Shown here: positions 28,426 through 38,265 of the stretch, in pieces
Position numbering within the stretch: position 1 is the first letter of the stretch
Layout: every line of letters starts with the position of its first letter
NCBI GenBank assembly: GCA_965203135.1
Contig: CBDBBO010000001.1
Span: forward strand, 183,037-247,036
Reading direction: 5' to 3'
DNA from: Dehalococcoidia bacterium
Lineage (GTDB): Bacteria; Chloroflexota; Dehalococcoidia; Lucifugimonadales; CATOSD01
DNA: 64,000 nucleotides
Made by a program: the position numbers and the translations under genes
The notes under the pieces: model-generated
Databases searched by the model: none
What the model was told of the DNA's origin: nothing
What the model saw: the letters and a program-made list of their open reading frames with translations, nothing else

Positions 28426-28866
28426 ATGCCTGGATTGACTAAGCAGCAGATGTACGAGTTCCTGACCAGCGGTCGCCGGTTGCTGAAGCTGGCGACGCTC
28501 ACGGAGGACGGGACGCCCTACGTAGTGCCGCTGTGGTACGACTACGACGGCGAGGCGTTCAGCGTGGCCGGCCGCCGTCGCGCGAGGTGGGTCGCAAACA
28601 TCCGGCGTGACGGGCGCGTGGGCGGCCTCGTGGACACGGAGGAGGCGGCCTACGTCCGGGTGGTGTTCCAGGGCCGCGCCGAGATACTGGACGACGCATG
28701 GCTCCACTCATCGCCCGCGCGGGCCATCCGCTACCTCGGCGAGGAGGCCGGCCTGCGCTACTACGAGTCGGCCCACCGCGAGCCACGGGCGCTCGTGCGC
28801 ATCGTGCCGGAGTCGGTGCAGAGCTGGGCAGGGCCGGGGTGGCACCCGCGCTATCGAAAGAGCTGA
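28426..28866 (+). CDS. Pyridoxamine 5'-phosphate oxidase family (PPOX / F420- or FMN-binding split-barrel) protein
   Basis: LLKLATLTEDGTPYVVPLWYDYDGEAFSVAG is typical of PPOX-class proteins. Start set to ATG 28426. Confidence 0.8.
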   Translation: MPGLTKQQMYEFLTSGRRLLKLATLTEDGTPYVVPLWYDYDGEAFSVAGRRRARWVANIRRDGRVGGLVDTEEAAYVRVVFQGRAEILDDAWLHSSPARAIRYLGEEAGLRYYESAHREPRALVRIVPESVQSWAGPGWHPRYRKS

Positions 28867-29708
28867 AGGTTCAACCCAAGCCTGAGCTTAGAGTCTAGCT
28901 TCCTAACGAAATCGTCCTTCTTGGGCATTCCTGGATTGTTTCGCATCGCCTGATAAACCTCCTCAACGGTGGTCGATACAAGCCGGCCCAGTTGCAGCGT
29001 AACAGAGTCGCCTTCCGGGACGAGGTCGTACAGCGCAAAACGCGAGGCGTCACTAGGCGAAAAGCCCTCAGACTTGAACCCGTACCTGTTGACCAGGTTC
29101 GCATATATGTACTCCTGTATCACCCAGTAACACTTGGTATCCCAGGCCTCATACACTATGCCCTTGTTCATCAACTGGGTTATGGCTCGCTTGATGGAAT
29201 CGTAGGTGTTCATGCCAAATCGGTATGCTTTGGCGTTGACGTCCTCGCCTTCGGAGAACTCGCGTATAGCCTGCACAAGTCCGCCCGTGCTGGTCGTCGA
29301 GTCAGACTGATACTCGACCGACACGAAGTCATCCACTTCCGGTTTCATCGCCTTGTGCCGAACGAGAACGTGGTCTATGTTACCCACGTTCGGCAGCCTG
29401 ACCTCGGGGAATGCGACCACGTTGTCAAGGTCTCCGAAGTAGTGTAGCGCGATGTCCTCCAACACCCTGGATACGCCTGCAATAGAACCGGGTTCGTCGA
29501 ATCGATGCGGGCAAATGGCCCGGAGTCCGTCGCCGTGTTTCGCTGAACAGACGCCGAACGGGAAGTCAATCATCCGACTCTTCTTGTCGCACGTCTGGCC
29601 CTGAAACGGACACCAATGCCGTCGGAGGGCCTCCCGCGCTTCAGGCGATTGGTCCCACACAGGATAGCCGAAAATCTCGGACGGCCGATTACCCGGATTT
29701 TCTGCCAT
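28851..29708 (-). CDS. NotI-family type II restriction endonuclease
   Basis: 285 aa. The N-terminal four-Cys pattern CPF-x5-C-x13-GVC-x12-CPHR parallels the Fe-Cys4 motif of R.NotI. EIFGYPVW resembles NotI EFFGHRVYP, and VEYQS resembles NotI LEIQT (E-x-Q catalytic strand). Compared with NotI from memory only. Confidence 0.65.
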   Translation of the reverse strand: MAENPGNRPSEIFGYPVWDQSPEAREALRRHWCPFQGQTCDKKSRMIDFPFGVCSAKHGDGLRAICPHRFDEPGSIAGVSRVLEDIALHYFGDLDNVVAFPEVRLPNVGNIDHVLVRHKAMKPEVDDFVSVEYQSDSTTSTGGLVQAIREFSEGEDVNAKAYRFGMNTYDSIKRAITQLMNKGIVYEAWDTKCYWVIQEYIYANLVNRYGFKSEGFSPSDASRFALYDLVPEGDSVTLQLGRLVSTTVEEVYQAMRNNPGMPKKDDFVRKLDSKLRLGLNLQLFR

Positions 29709-31758
29709 CAGCCTTCCCCTGTATCAGCCCTCGCCACGCTGCCCTAATCTCGCTCTCGGTATGCCCACCCTCCAGCAGCCAGCCGAGCGTTACTCCGCAT
29801 TGCCGGCAGAACGTCTCGCTGTCTTTTGTCTCGATTCGCTCCGGCGGTTCCCACGCGGCAGCCGGGCCGCTGTCGCCGAGCGCGAACACCAGAATGCTGT
29901 CGTGCTTGATGGAGTTCAGATTCCTGATGTGTACTGAAATCGGGTGCTCGGAGTGCACAACGTAGCAGTTGGTCAACCTGAACCCGGCGGCCCTTAGCGC
30001 GATGGTAAGCTCGGCCCAAGCGTCGGGGTCCCAGTGGTGGAAGGTGAACGCCATACGGCCCACGTCGGCCTTGAGTACGCGGGCGCATTCGACGAAGATC
30101 CCTGACAGTGCGTCAGTGAATCCGCCGCCGGCCCCAGTCTCGACCGCACTGAGCGATTGATCGTAATCCCACTCCAGTTCGTCCGGCAACATTCGGGCCA
30201 GCCATACACGGAAGAACGCTGCCAAGTCGCTGTACTGAACGCTGTCGTAGTAAGGTGGATCTGTTACCACGAGGTCCACGGAGCCGTCGGAAATCGGCAA
30301 GCTGCGGGAGTCGCCGTGAATCAGCCAAAACTTCCGATGTTCGCCTACTAGACTGGCCTCGCCGAAAACCTCTTCGCCGTCGTCCACTTCGCCGGGTACC
30401 GTGATTGTCTTGCTATCACCGTTCGCGGTGACTAGTCGCTCGATAGGTAGCGCGGCCCACTTCCGCCCTCGTTCGATGCGGTCGTGGAACAGCAGCCGCA
30501 AATTGCCAGACGTTCGGCGGGGGTTGACTGGGTTGTTCTCCAACGCGGTGTAGGGGAACGAGTAGGCGTGCAGTGCGAACACGTGCCTGATAGCGCCCGG
30601 CCTACGCTTGTACCAGCCCTTGTAGCCGCACATCATCGAGTTGAACTCCAGCGATGTTGACACCAGCATCGCCAGATTAAGCTTCTCGACGCCGTGATAG
30701 TCTCGTAGTAGCCGTATAGATTCATGGATGTACAGCAGTTGCCGTGATGAGAACAGGTCCAGGTACGAATAGACGCCACGTCTCAGCAGGTCGCCGGACT
30801 TGGGGCCACCGGATATCGTGAAGTGCTCTGGCTGGCCGAAATCCAGTCCGGCGCGGCGCTTGTTCGCCTTGTCGATACGCGCCTTGTCCGACTCACTCGG
30901 CGCACGGAAGAACAGCCCATGAGCGTCGCAGACGGCGGCAACGGCGACCGAAACGTAACGTGCGTAGAACGGCACGTCCAACAGGTCGGCGTACTCGCGC
31001 CCGCAAGATGGGCATATCTTGTCCGCCTTAGTTACCAGGCCAGCAGTTGCGGCAGGCGCAAGCTCCCCGGCGTTCTCTAGAATCTCCCCACTCTCTGGAC
31101 AGATGCCAATCGTCCTGCCACTCTCCTGGCGGAGTTCGTACCGATCTATCTGAACGACTTCCCGGCAGGCGCAGGTCTTGCGAACGCCGTGAAGGGCATA
31201 CTGAACATCAGTAGGGTCGTCACAGATTGGGCACTCGGTTTGGAAATAACTTCCCACGCTCTCGTACAGGCGAGCGTGAAATTGGTCGAAGGCGGCTCTC
31301 AGCCTTGGCAATTCGGCCTTGGTGAGCGACGCGCGGGCCTGCGCTATCGGGATAGGGTCTATGTCAGCGCCTATTACATTCGCGCCTAGACGAATCGCCT
31401 CATGTAGGGTTGTGCCGCCGCCCATCATCGGGTCGAGAACGACCTTTCCCTCCAGTCCGCCGGGCGCGTAGTAGTCGCGTCGCTCACTCTCCGGCGCGAA
31501 GTGCTTGAGTATGGCGCGAAACATCGAGCCGCACCGTCGCGCCCACCACTTGTGAAGGTAGGTGTTGGGACGGAACAAGTGCTTGTTGAACACCTCGCGG
31601 CGGGAAAGCTCGTCAACGAAACTCTCCGGAAAGGGGTGGTCGATGTCCAGGCTGCGGGCCGTCTGAGTTGAGAGCGTCCATTCATCCAAGGCCATCTGGC
31701 GGTCGTCTCGGATGGTGTATCCTGAAGCCTCTCTTCTCTTTGCTCGGTAGTCAACCAT
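29689..31758 (-). CDS. DUF1156-type DNA amino-methyltransferase with Zn ribbons (COG1743-like)
   Basis: 689 aa. YLHKWWARRCGSMFRAIL (DUF1156 signature), SAM motif DPMMGGGTTLHEAIRLGANVIGADIDP, CxxC...CxC and CPxxG...CPSCG ribbons, catalytic VTDPPYYDSVQYSDL. 20-nt overlap with the endonuclease gene. Confidence 0.8.
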   Translation of the reverse strand: MVDYRAKRREASGYTIRDDRQMALDEWTLSTQTARSLDIDHPFPESFVDELSRREVFNKHLFRPNTYLHKWWARRCGSMFRAILKHFAPESERRDYYAPGGLEGKVVLDPMMGGGTTLHEAIRLGANVIGADIDPIPIAQARASLTKAELPRLRAAFDQFHARLYESVGSYFQTECPICDDPTDVQYALHGVRKTCACREVVQIDRYELRQESGRTIGICPESGEILENAGELAPAATAGLVTKADKICPSCGREYADLLDVPFYARYVSVAVAAVCDAHGLFFRAPSESDKARIDKANKRRAGLDFGQPEHFTISGGPKSGDLLRRGVYSYLDLFSSRQLLYIHESIRLLRDYHGVEKLNLAMLVSTSLEFNSMMCGYKGWYKRRPGAIRHVFALHAYSFPYTALENNPVNPRRTSGNLRLLFHDRIERGRKWAALPIERLVTANGDSKTITVPGEVDDGEEVFGEASLVGEHRKFWLIHGDSRSLPISDGSVDLVVTDPPYYDSVQYSDLAAFFRVWLARMLPDELEWDYDQSLSAVETGAGGGFTDALSGIFVECARVLKADVGRMAFTFHHWDPDAWAELTIALRAAGFRLTNCYVVHSEHPISVHIRNLNSIKHDSILVFALGDSGPAAAWEPPERIETKDSETFCRQCGVTLGWLLEGGHTESEIRAAWRGLIQGKADGRKSG

Positions 31759-31825
31759 CTAACGGCACATCTCCCAGCGTGTGATCATTGGCGAGTTCAT
31801 CGTACACAGATTCGGCCCGCCCCAT

Positions 31826-32572
31826 CTACCCCACGATCACCATGTGGACCTCGCCCGGGCCGTGGACGCCGGTGACGAGTTGGTACTCGATGTCGGCGGA
31901 GCGGCTGGGGCCGGTGATGATGTTCATGTAGCTCTCCGGGTCGCCATCGCCGAAGCGCTCCCGCAGCAGCGCGAATAGCTCGTCCAGGCTCGGCAGCACC
32001 TGGCCCAGTTCGACGACCGCGACGTGCACCGGCGGCAGCAGCGACACCAGCCTGCTCGCGCCCTGGCGGGCCACGATGACGGCCGAGCCGGTCTCGGCGA
32101 TGGCGTAGTCCACGCCCGTGAGGCCGATGCCCGCGCCGATCATGCGCTCGCGGTTCGCAAGCCGCTGCTCCTCACGCTCGGCGGCGGCGGCGTCCAGCGC
32201 CATCGTCCGCACCTCCACGCCGCTGCCCTCCAGCGCGCGCTCGATGCCCAGGCGCTCCACCGCGTCGTGCGCCGAGCGCACTACCGAACCGGCCTCGATC
32301 TCGCGCGCAAGGTCGGCCACGTAGCGCGCCGCCTCCTCGTGCGTCTCGCACACCGCCACGCGCCAACCCGCGGTCGCGGCGGCTTGCTTCAGTGCGTCCG
32401 ACAGTGGGCCAGCGTTGTCCCGCGCGTGTTGCCGGATGCGTGCCGCCCTCGCGCAGACGTCATTGGCGTCGCGGGAGAGGGCGGACTCGGGCGCGGGGGC
32501 AGGCGGGGCAGCGCCGGGTTCGCGGCCCAGGGAGCGACGCAGCGAGTCGAAGAACCGCGCCCGCTCGGTCAC
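31826..32572 (-). CDS. lutC: Lactate utilization protein C (LUD domain)
   Basis: GVDYAIAETGSAVIV LUD motif. GTG 32572 overlaps the lutB stop (GTGA). Confidence 0.8.
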   Translation of the reverse strand: MTERARFFDSLRRSLGREPGAAPPAPAPESALSRDANDVCARAARIRQHARDNAGPLSDALKQAAATAGWRVAVCETHEEAARYVADLAREIEAGSVVRSAHDAVERLGIERALEGSGVEVRTMALDAAAAEREEQRLANRERMIGAGIGLTGVDYAIAETGSAVIVARQGASRLVSLLPPVHVAVVELGQVLPSLDELFALLRERFGDGDPESYMNIITGPSRSADIEYQLVTGVHGPGEVHMVIVG

Positions 32573-34017
32573 TTGGAAGAGTCCCCCATGTCGTCTTGCA
32601 GGTCGCGCCACCGCTTGCGGAACGGCTTGTCCGCCAGCCTGGGCGCCTCACGGTGGCGGGTCCAGCCCGCCATAGGCCCCGGCCCCGTTTGTTGTCCACC
32701 TGGACCGCCAGACATCGGGCCTTGCATCAGCCGACCGGCGGAGCGCACGGCGGACATTATCGCGGGGTTGGACATGGCGGCGCGCCAGCCCTTGAACGCC
32801 AGCCGCTCGGCCAGCGACGAGCTGCGCTCCTCCGGGTGATTGTCGCCCTCCGAAATCTCGTTGCGTAGTTTCAGGAGCATTCGCGGGATGTTGATTTTGA
32901 CCGGGCAGGACTCTTTGCACGCGCCGCACAGGCTGGACGCGAACGGCAGGTGCTTGGCGTCGGATATGCCGGTCAGTACTGGCGACACGACCGCGCCGAT
33001 AGGGCCGGGATACACCCAGCCGTAGGCGTGGCCGCCAACCTTGCGGTAGACCGGGCAGGCGTTCAGGCACGCGCCGCAGCGCAGGCAGTTGAGCGCCTCG
33101 CGGAAGTGCGGGTCGGCGAGCAGTGCGGAGCGGCCGTTGTCCACGACGACGAGGTGGAACTCCTCCGGGCCGTCCTCGTCCAGCCGCTTGCGCGGGCCGG
33201 TGACGGTCGTCACGTAGCTGGATATGCGCTGTCCGGTGGCCGACCTGATGAGCAGCCGCAGGAACACAGCCAGGTCCTCGAGGGAGGGCACCACCTTCTC
33301 CATGCCGGTTATGGCGACGTGGATCCTGGGCATGGAGGTGCACATGCGCCCGTTGCCCTCGTTCGTGACCAGGGTCAGCGTGCCGGTCTCGGCGACGATG
33401 AAGTTGGCCCCGGTGATGCCCATGTCCGCGCCGATGAACTTTTCCCGCAACTGCCGCCGCGCCTCGCCAGCCAGCTCCTCGATGCGCTCGTAGCGCGGCG
33501 CGTTCAGCTTGTCCTCGAACAGCTCGGACACGTCCTCGCGGGACTTGTGGATGGCCGGCGCGATGATGTGGAAGGGCGTCTCGCCGGCGAGCTGGATGAT
33601 GTACTCGCCCAGGTCGGTCTCGACCGGCTCGATGCCCTCGGCGATGAGCCGGTCGTTCAGCCCGATCTCCTCGGAGACCATGGACTTGCTCTTGATTACG
33701 AGCTTGACGCCGCGGTCCCGCGCCAGCTTGGCTACGTACTCCCGCGCCGCCTCGGCGTCCTCGGCGAAGTAGACGCTGCCGCCCGCGGCCCTCACGTTGC
33801 GCTCGGCCATCTCGAGGTAGTAGTCGAGATGCTCTATCGTGTGGGTCTTGATCGCCCTGCCGCGCTCGCGCAGATCCTCCCAGTCGGGCGTCGCCGCCGC
33901 GGCGGTCAGGCGCGCCGAGTGGAAGCCGCCGTAGAGGCCGCTCAGGCCCTGCTGAACGCCCGGGTCGGCGAGCGCTGCGGCCGCGCCCTGCTCGAACTGC
34001 GCTGTCTTTGGCTCCAT
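32569..34017 (-). CDS. lutB: Lactate utilization iron-sulfur protein B
   Basis: 482 aa. CLRCGACLNACPVY and CGACKESCPV ferredoxin-type clusters plus a LUD domain. Confidence 0.9.
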   Translation of the reverse strand: MEPKTAQFEQGAAAALADPGVQQGLSGLYGGFHSARLTAAAATPDWEDLRERGRAIKTHTIEHLDYYLEMAERNVRAAGGSVYFAEDAEAAREYVAKLARDRGVKLVIKSKSMVSEEIGLNDRLIAEGIEPVETDLGEYIIQLAGETPFHIIAPAIHKSREDVSELFEDKLNAPRYERIEELAGEARRQLREKFIGADMGITGANFIVAETGTLTLVTNEGNGRMCTSMPRIHVAITGMEKVVPSLEDLAVFLRLLIRSATGQRISSYVTTVTGPRKRLDEDGPEEFHLVVVDNGRSALLADPHFREALNCLRCGACLNACPVYRKVGGHAYGWVYPGPIGAVVSPVLTGISDAKHLPFASSLCGACKESCPVKINIPRMLLKLRNEISEGDNHPEERSSSLAERLAFKGWRAAMSNPAIMSAVRSAGRLMQGPMSGGPGGQQTGPGPMAGWTRHREAPRLADKPFRKRWRDLQDDMGDSSK

Positions 34018-34785
34018 CTAACCCATAACCTCGTCCATCAGCTCCGCCAGGTGCATTGGGCGAGTCCTCATACGCTGGCGCGCCATGCCCCCGCCGATGT
34101 GCATGAGGCAACTGCTGTCGCACGCCACCACCGCGTCGGCGCCGGTGTCGCGGATATTGTCGAGCTTGTCTTGCAGCATTGCGCCCGATATGTCCGGGTA
34201 CTTCACGGAGAAGGTGCCGCCGAATCCGCAGCACACCTCGCTCTGCTCCATCTCATAGAGCTTCACCGCATCGAGCGAGCCAATCAGCGCGCGGGCCTGT
34301 GTCGTCGCGCCAAGCTCCCGGCGAAGGTGGCAGGTCTCGTGATAAGTGACGGTGCGGGGGGAGCCTGGCCTGTCATCGCCCAAGTGCGCACCAAGGTCGG
34401 TCACGCCCAGCACGTCAACGACGAACTCGGAGAACTCGTAGACACGCGGGACGAGTGCCTCGGCATGGGCCAGCAGCTCGGGGTCGTCCTCCAGCAGCTC
34501 GGCGTAGAACACGCGCAGCATACTCGCGCACGACCCCGACGGCACCACCACGTAGCGGTCGCCCTCGAACGCGCGAAGCGTGCGCCTGGCGAGCGGCTTG
34601 GCGTCGCGCCAGTAGCCGGAGTTGAACGCGGGCTGGCCGCAGCAGGTCTGGCCTAGCGGAAAGTCGAGGTCGACGCCGAGGCGGCGGAGGACGCGAGTGG
34701 TCGCCTCGCCGACTTCGGGGTAAATCTGGTCGATGATGCAGGTGACGAAGAGTGAGGCCCTTATTGGGGCGCCGTGTGCCTGCAC
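34018..34785 (-). CDS. lutA: Lactate utilization protein A ((Fe-S)-binding CCG-domain oxidoreductase)
   Basis: 255 aa. LFVTCIIDQ...QTCCGQP and CCGFGG CCG motifs. Abuts the lutB start. Confidence 0.9.
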   Translation of the reverse strand: MQAHGAPIRASLFVTCIIDQIYPEVGEATTRVLRRLGVDLDFPLGQTCCGQPAFNSGYWRDAKPLARRTLRAFEGDRYVVVPSGSCASMLRVFYAELLEDDPELLAHAEALVPRVYEFSEFVVDVLGVTDLGAHLGDDRPGSPRTVTYHETCHLRRELGATTQARALIGSLDAVKLYEMEQSEVCCGFGGTFSVKYPDISGAMLQDKLDNIRDTGADAVVACDSSCLMHIGGGMARQRMRTRPMHLAELMDEVMG

Positions 34786-34804
34786 TTGCGACGTCTCCGG
34801 CCGC

Positions 34805-35068
34805 CTAGACGAGCGTAAGCTCGCGGACCACGAACCCGGCGAGCCATGCCATCATGTACACCGGCCCGCTCGCGAACAGCCAGCCCTCGGTCCGCTGACT
34901 TGCCGCGCCGTGCAGCCAAAGGTAGACGAGAAAGACTCCCAGCCCGGCCGCGACCAGCCAGACCGACAGCGTGGTGACGCCGAGCGCGGCGCCGATGGCG
35001 AATCCGATTATTCCCCACGGCAATGGGGAGTCGACCAACCTGATCCAAGTGGCTCGCCCGTCTTCCAA
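34805..35068 (-). CDS. Hypothetical small membrane protein
   Basis: 87 aa with 2-3 hydrophobic helices. No recognisable family. Confidence 0.4.
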   Translation of the reverse strand: MEDGRATWIRLVDSPLPWGIIGFAIGAALGVTTLSVWLVAAGLGVFLVYLWLHGAASQRTEGWLFASGPVYMMAWLAGFVVRELTLV

Positions 35069-35155
35069 ATCTCACGCTCCGCGCGGGCGGGCATTCGGGG
35101 CCCGCCGCGGCGTACAGCTTACAGCATCGCGCTCGCGCCGCGCAATCGGCGGACG

Positions 35156-35638
35156 CTATGCGCTCGCGCCGCCCAGTCCGGTTACGATGCGCCACTCCTC
35201 GGCGGTCACCGGCTGCACGGACAGCCGCGAGTTCTTCACCAGGGCCATGTTCTCCAGGCCCGGCGTCTTGCGTATCTCCGCCAGCGTGACCGGCTCCGCG
35301 AAGGCCGCGATCGCCTGGATGTCCACCATGAACCACACGGGGTTTTCGGGGGTGCTCCGGGGGTCGGGGTTGTCGGAGTCGGGGTCCCACGCGGTGTGGT
35401 CGGGGTAGCCCCCGCGCACGATCAGCGCGGTGCCTATCACGGCGGTCGGCTTGGCGTTGGAGTGGTAGAACAGCACGCCGTCGCCTTCCTTCATGTCGTC
35501 GCGCAGCGTGTTGCGCGCCTGGTAGTTGCGCACGCCGTCCCACTCAGCGGTCCGATCCGGCTCGTCCATCAGGTCGGCGAATGAGTAGGTGTTCGGCTCT
35601 GACTTGACGAGCCAGTAGCGCCGCTCGCCTTCGGGCAT
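35156..35638 (-). CDS. EVE (PUA-like) domain protein
   Basis: RYWLVKSEPNTYSF...WDGVRNYQARN is a typical EVE N-terminus. AGGAGG precedes ATG 35638. Confidence 0.8.
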   Translation of the reverse strand: MPEGERRYWLVKSEPNTYSFADLMDEPDRTAEWDGVRNYQARNTLRDDMKEGDGVLFYHSNAKPTAVIGTALIVRGGYPDHTAWDPDSDNPDPRSTPENPVWFMVDIQAIAAFAEPVTLAEIRKTPGLENMALVKNSRLSVQPVTAEEWRIVTGLGGASA

Positions 35639-35772
35639 GGCTACCTCCTGAAGCACTGGCTTGGGCGAATCCAGAGCGCCCGGCCCACATCATAGCACGG
35701 CGTGCCCGGCTCGCGGAGCGTGACGCCTCCGGGCGCTTGACCGTCGACGGGCAACCCATCACAATCTCTAGC

Positions 35773-38259
35773 ATGACATCAATCATCACCCCCCGGGAGC
35801 ACCTGGGCTTCGACGTGGGGGAGGCGCGGCGCCTTGCCGATTGGCCCCGGATAGTAGAGTACTTCCGCATCCTCAACGAGGCTTCCGACCGCGTCGACGT
35901 GCGCGAGGTCGGTAAGACCACCGAGGGCAGACCGTTCCTGCTGTGCCTAATCTCCTCGCCCGGCAACCTCGCGAAGAGCGAGCGCCTGCGCGAGGTCCAG
36001 GCCAGGCTGGCAGACCCCCGCAGGATCGACGGCGAGGCCGAGGCGGAGGCGCTGATCGCCGAGGCCAGGGCCGTGGTGGCCGTGTCGTGCAGCATCCACG
36101 CGACCGAGGTGGGCGCCAGCCAGATGTCCATGCTGCTGGCCCACCACCTGGCGACCAGCGACGACTCTCGCGTCCGCCGCGTGCTCGACAACGTGGTGCT
36201 GCTCCTGATTCCGTGCCTCAATCCGGACGGCCTGGACCTGGTGAAGGAGTGGTACGACTCCACCGTGGGCACGCCGCACGAGGGCGTCATCCCGCCGCGT
36301 CTGTACCACAAGTACGCGGGCCACGACAACAACCGCGACTGGGCGACGTTCGCCCTGGCCGAGACGAGGCTCACCGTCGAGCACTGCCTGAACGCCTGGC
36401 ATCCCCAGATCATGTACGACCTGCACCAGACGCGGACGCAGGGAATGCGCATGATACTGCCGCCCTACGAGGACCCCATCGGCCCGAACGTCGACCCGAT
36501 TCTCCAGAGCGAACTGGCCATGCTGGGCGCCTCGATGGCGAACGACCTGACCGCGCAGGGCAAGGCGGGCGTGGCGATCAACGTGGTGTACGACGGCTTC
36601 AGCCCGAGCCGGTCGTACCTGCACTACCACGGCGGCGTGCGCGTGCTGTCGGAGGTCGCGAGCGTGCGTATCGCCACGCCCATCACCCTCAAGCCCGGCC
36701 AGCTCAGATCCATCCGCCGGGAGGACCCGCTCAAGCCGTCGTGGAACCACCCCATGCCCTGGAAGGGGGGCGAGTGGAGCCTGAGCGACATCGTGGACTA
36801 CGACTTCGCCGCCGTGATGGCGTGCCTGGACAACGCCGCCAGGTATCGCGGCGAGTGGGCGCGCAACTTCTACCGCGTCGGCAAGCGGGCGGTATCCCGG
36901 ACCGCGCCTCCTTTCGCCTACGTGCTGCCGTCCAAGCAGCGCGACCCCAAGGCGGCGAGCGAGCTGCTGGACGTGCTGGACACGGCCGCCGTCGAGGTCC
37001 ACGAGTCGGCGGCCCGCTTCACCGCGGACGGCATTTCGTACCCGACAGGCTCCCGCGTGGTGCTCATGGCGCAGCCCTACGGCGCGTTCGCGAAAACGGT
37101 GCTGGAGACGGCGCGCTATCCCGACGTGCGCGACTATCCCGGCGGCCCGCCCAAGCATCCCTACGACGTGACGGCGCACAGCCTGCCGCTGCTGATGGGC
37201 GTCGAGGTGGCGGAAATCAGGCGGCCGTTCGAAGCCGATCTCGAACCGCTCACTCGTCCTTCGATGCCGCCGGTCGCCGGTACGCCCCGGTCAGAAGCAC
37301 ACGCCGCGGCCTACGTCCTGGGGCCGGAGAGCAACGCGGCGGCCCGCGCGGTCAACCGGCTGCTGGCCGAGGGCGTCGACGTGCGGCGGGCCGGCGAGGG
37401 CTTCAGCGCCAACGGCTCGGCATACGCACCGGGCGCGTTCGTCGTGGACGCGGCGGCGCCTGCCGCGCTGCTGGCGAAGATGGCGGAGCGTGACCTGCTC
37501 TCGTTCGCGCCGGCGGGCTGCGTGCCTGACGTCGCGCTCACGCGGCTGCGGCCTCCCAGGGTCGGGCTGTACAGCAGCTACGTGCCCAACTCCGAGGAGG
37601 GCTGGACGCGGCTCGTCTTCGAGGAGTATGGCTTCGACTTCCGGACACTCACCGACGAGGACGTGCGGGCGGGCGGACTGGAGGGCGAGTTCGACGCCGT
37701 GGTGCTGCCGCACCAGCGCTTCCGGCAGCTCCACAAGGGGTACAATCCGTCGACCTACCCCGAGCTGTACGCCGGTGGGCTGGGCGACGAAGGCTCGGAG
37801 AGCCTGGGCCGGTTCGTCGAGTCCGGCGGCGTGCTCGTCGCATGGGACGGGGCGGCGCGCTACGCGATCAACCGGCTGCGGCTGCCGGCGAAGAACACGC
37901 TCAGCGCCTACGCGCCGTCGTCGTTCTTCGCGCCCGGGAGCCTGCTCCGGACGACGATGGACTTCGGCCATCCGCTCGCCTACGGAATGCCCCGCGACGC
38001 GGCGGTGATGTTCATGAACGGCCCGGCGTTCGACCTGGTGGAGGGCGTCGCGGTCGCCAGGTTCCCCCGCTACAACCCCCTGCTCAGCGGCTGGCTGATC
38101 GGCCAGGAGAAGCTGCACGGGCGGGCGGCGCTGGCCTGCGTGCCGCTGGGCAAGGGCAGGGTGGTGCTGATGGGCTACAGGCCCCAGTTCAGGGCGCAGG
38201 CGAGGGGCACCTACAAGACGCTGTTCAACGCGCTGTACTGGGCGGCGTCCGAGGGTTAA
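35773..38259 (+). CDS. M14-family zinc carboxypeptidase-like protein with large C-terminal extension
   Basis: SIHATEVGASQM (HxxE zinc ligands) and CLNPDGLD motifs. ATG 35773 is chosen over the upstream TTG 35737. Confidence 0.75.
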   Translation: MTSIITPREHLGFDVGEARRLADWPRIVEYFRILNEASDRVDVREVGKTTEGRPFLLCLISSPGNLAKSERLREVQARLADPRRIDGEAEAEALIAEARAVVAVSCSIHATEVGASQMSMLLAHHLATSDDSRVRRVLDNVVLLLIPCLNPDGLDLVKEWYDSTVGTPHEGVIPPRLYHKYAGHDNNRDWATFALAETRLTVEHCLNAWHPQIMYDLHQTRTQGMRMILPPYEDPIGPNVDPILQSELAMLGASMANDLTAQGKAGVAINVVYDGFSPSRSYLHYHGGVRVLSEVASVRIATPITLKPGQLRSIRREDPLKPSWNHPMPWKGGEWSLSDIVDYDFAAVMACLDNAARYRGEWARNFYRVGKRAVSRTAPPFAYVLPSKQRDPKAASELLDVLDTAAVEVHESAARFTADGISYPTGSRVVLMAQPYGAFAKTVLETARYPDVRDYPGGPPKHPYDVTAHSLPLLMGVEVAEIRRPFEADLEPLTRPSMPPVAGTPRSEAHAAAYVLGPESNAAARAVNRLLAEGVDVRRAGEGFSANGSAYAPGAFVVDAAAPAALLAKMAERDLLSFAPAGCVPDVALTRLRPPRVGLYSSYVPNSEEGWTRLVFEEYGFDFRTLTDEDVRAGGLEGEFDAVVLPHQRFRQLHKGYNPSTYPELYAGGLGDEGSESLGRFVESGGVLVAWDGAARYAINRLRLPAKNTLSAYAPSSFFAPGSLLRTTMDFGHPLAYGMPRDAAVMFMNGPAFDLVEGVAVARFPRYNPLLSGWLIGQEKLHGRAALACVPLGKGRVVLMGYRPQFRAQARGTYKTLFNALYWAASEG

Positions 38260-38265
38260 CCGCCG

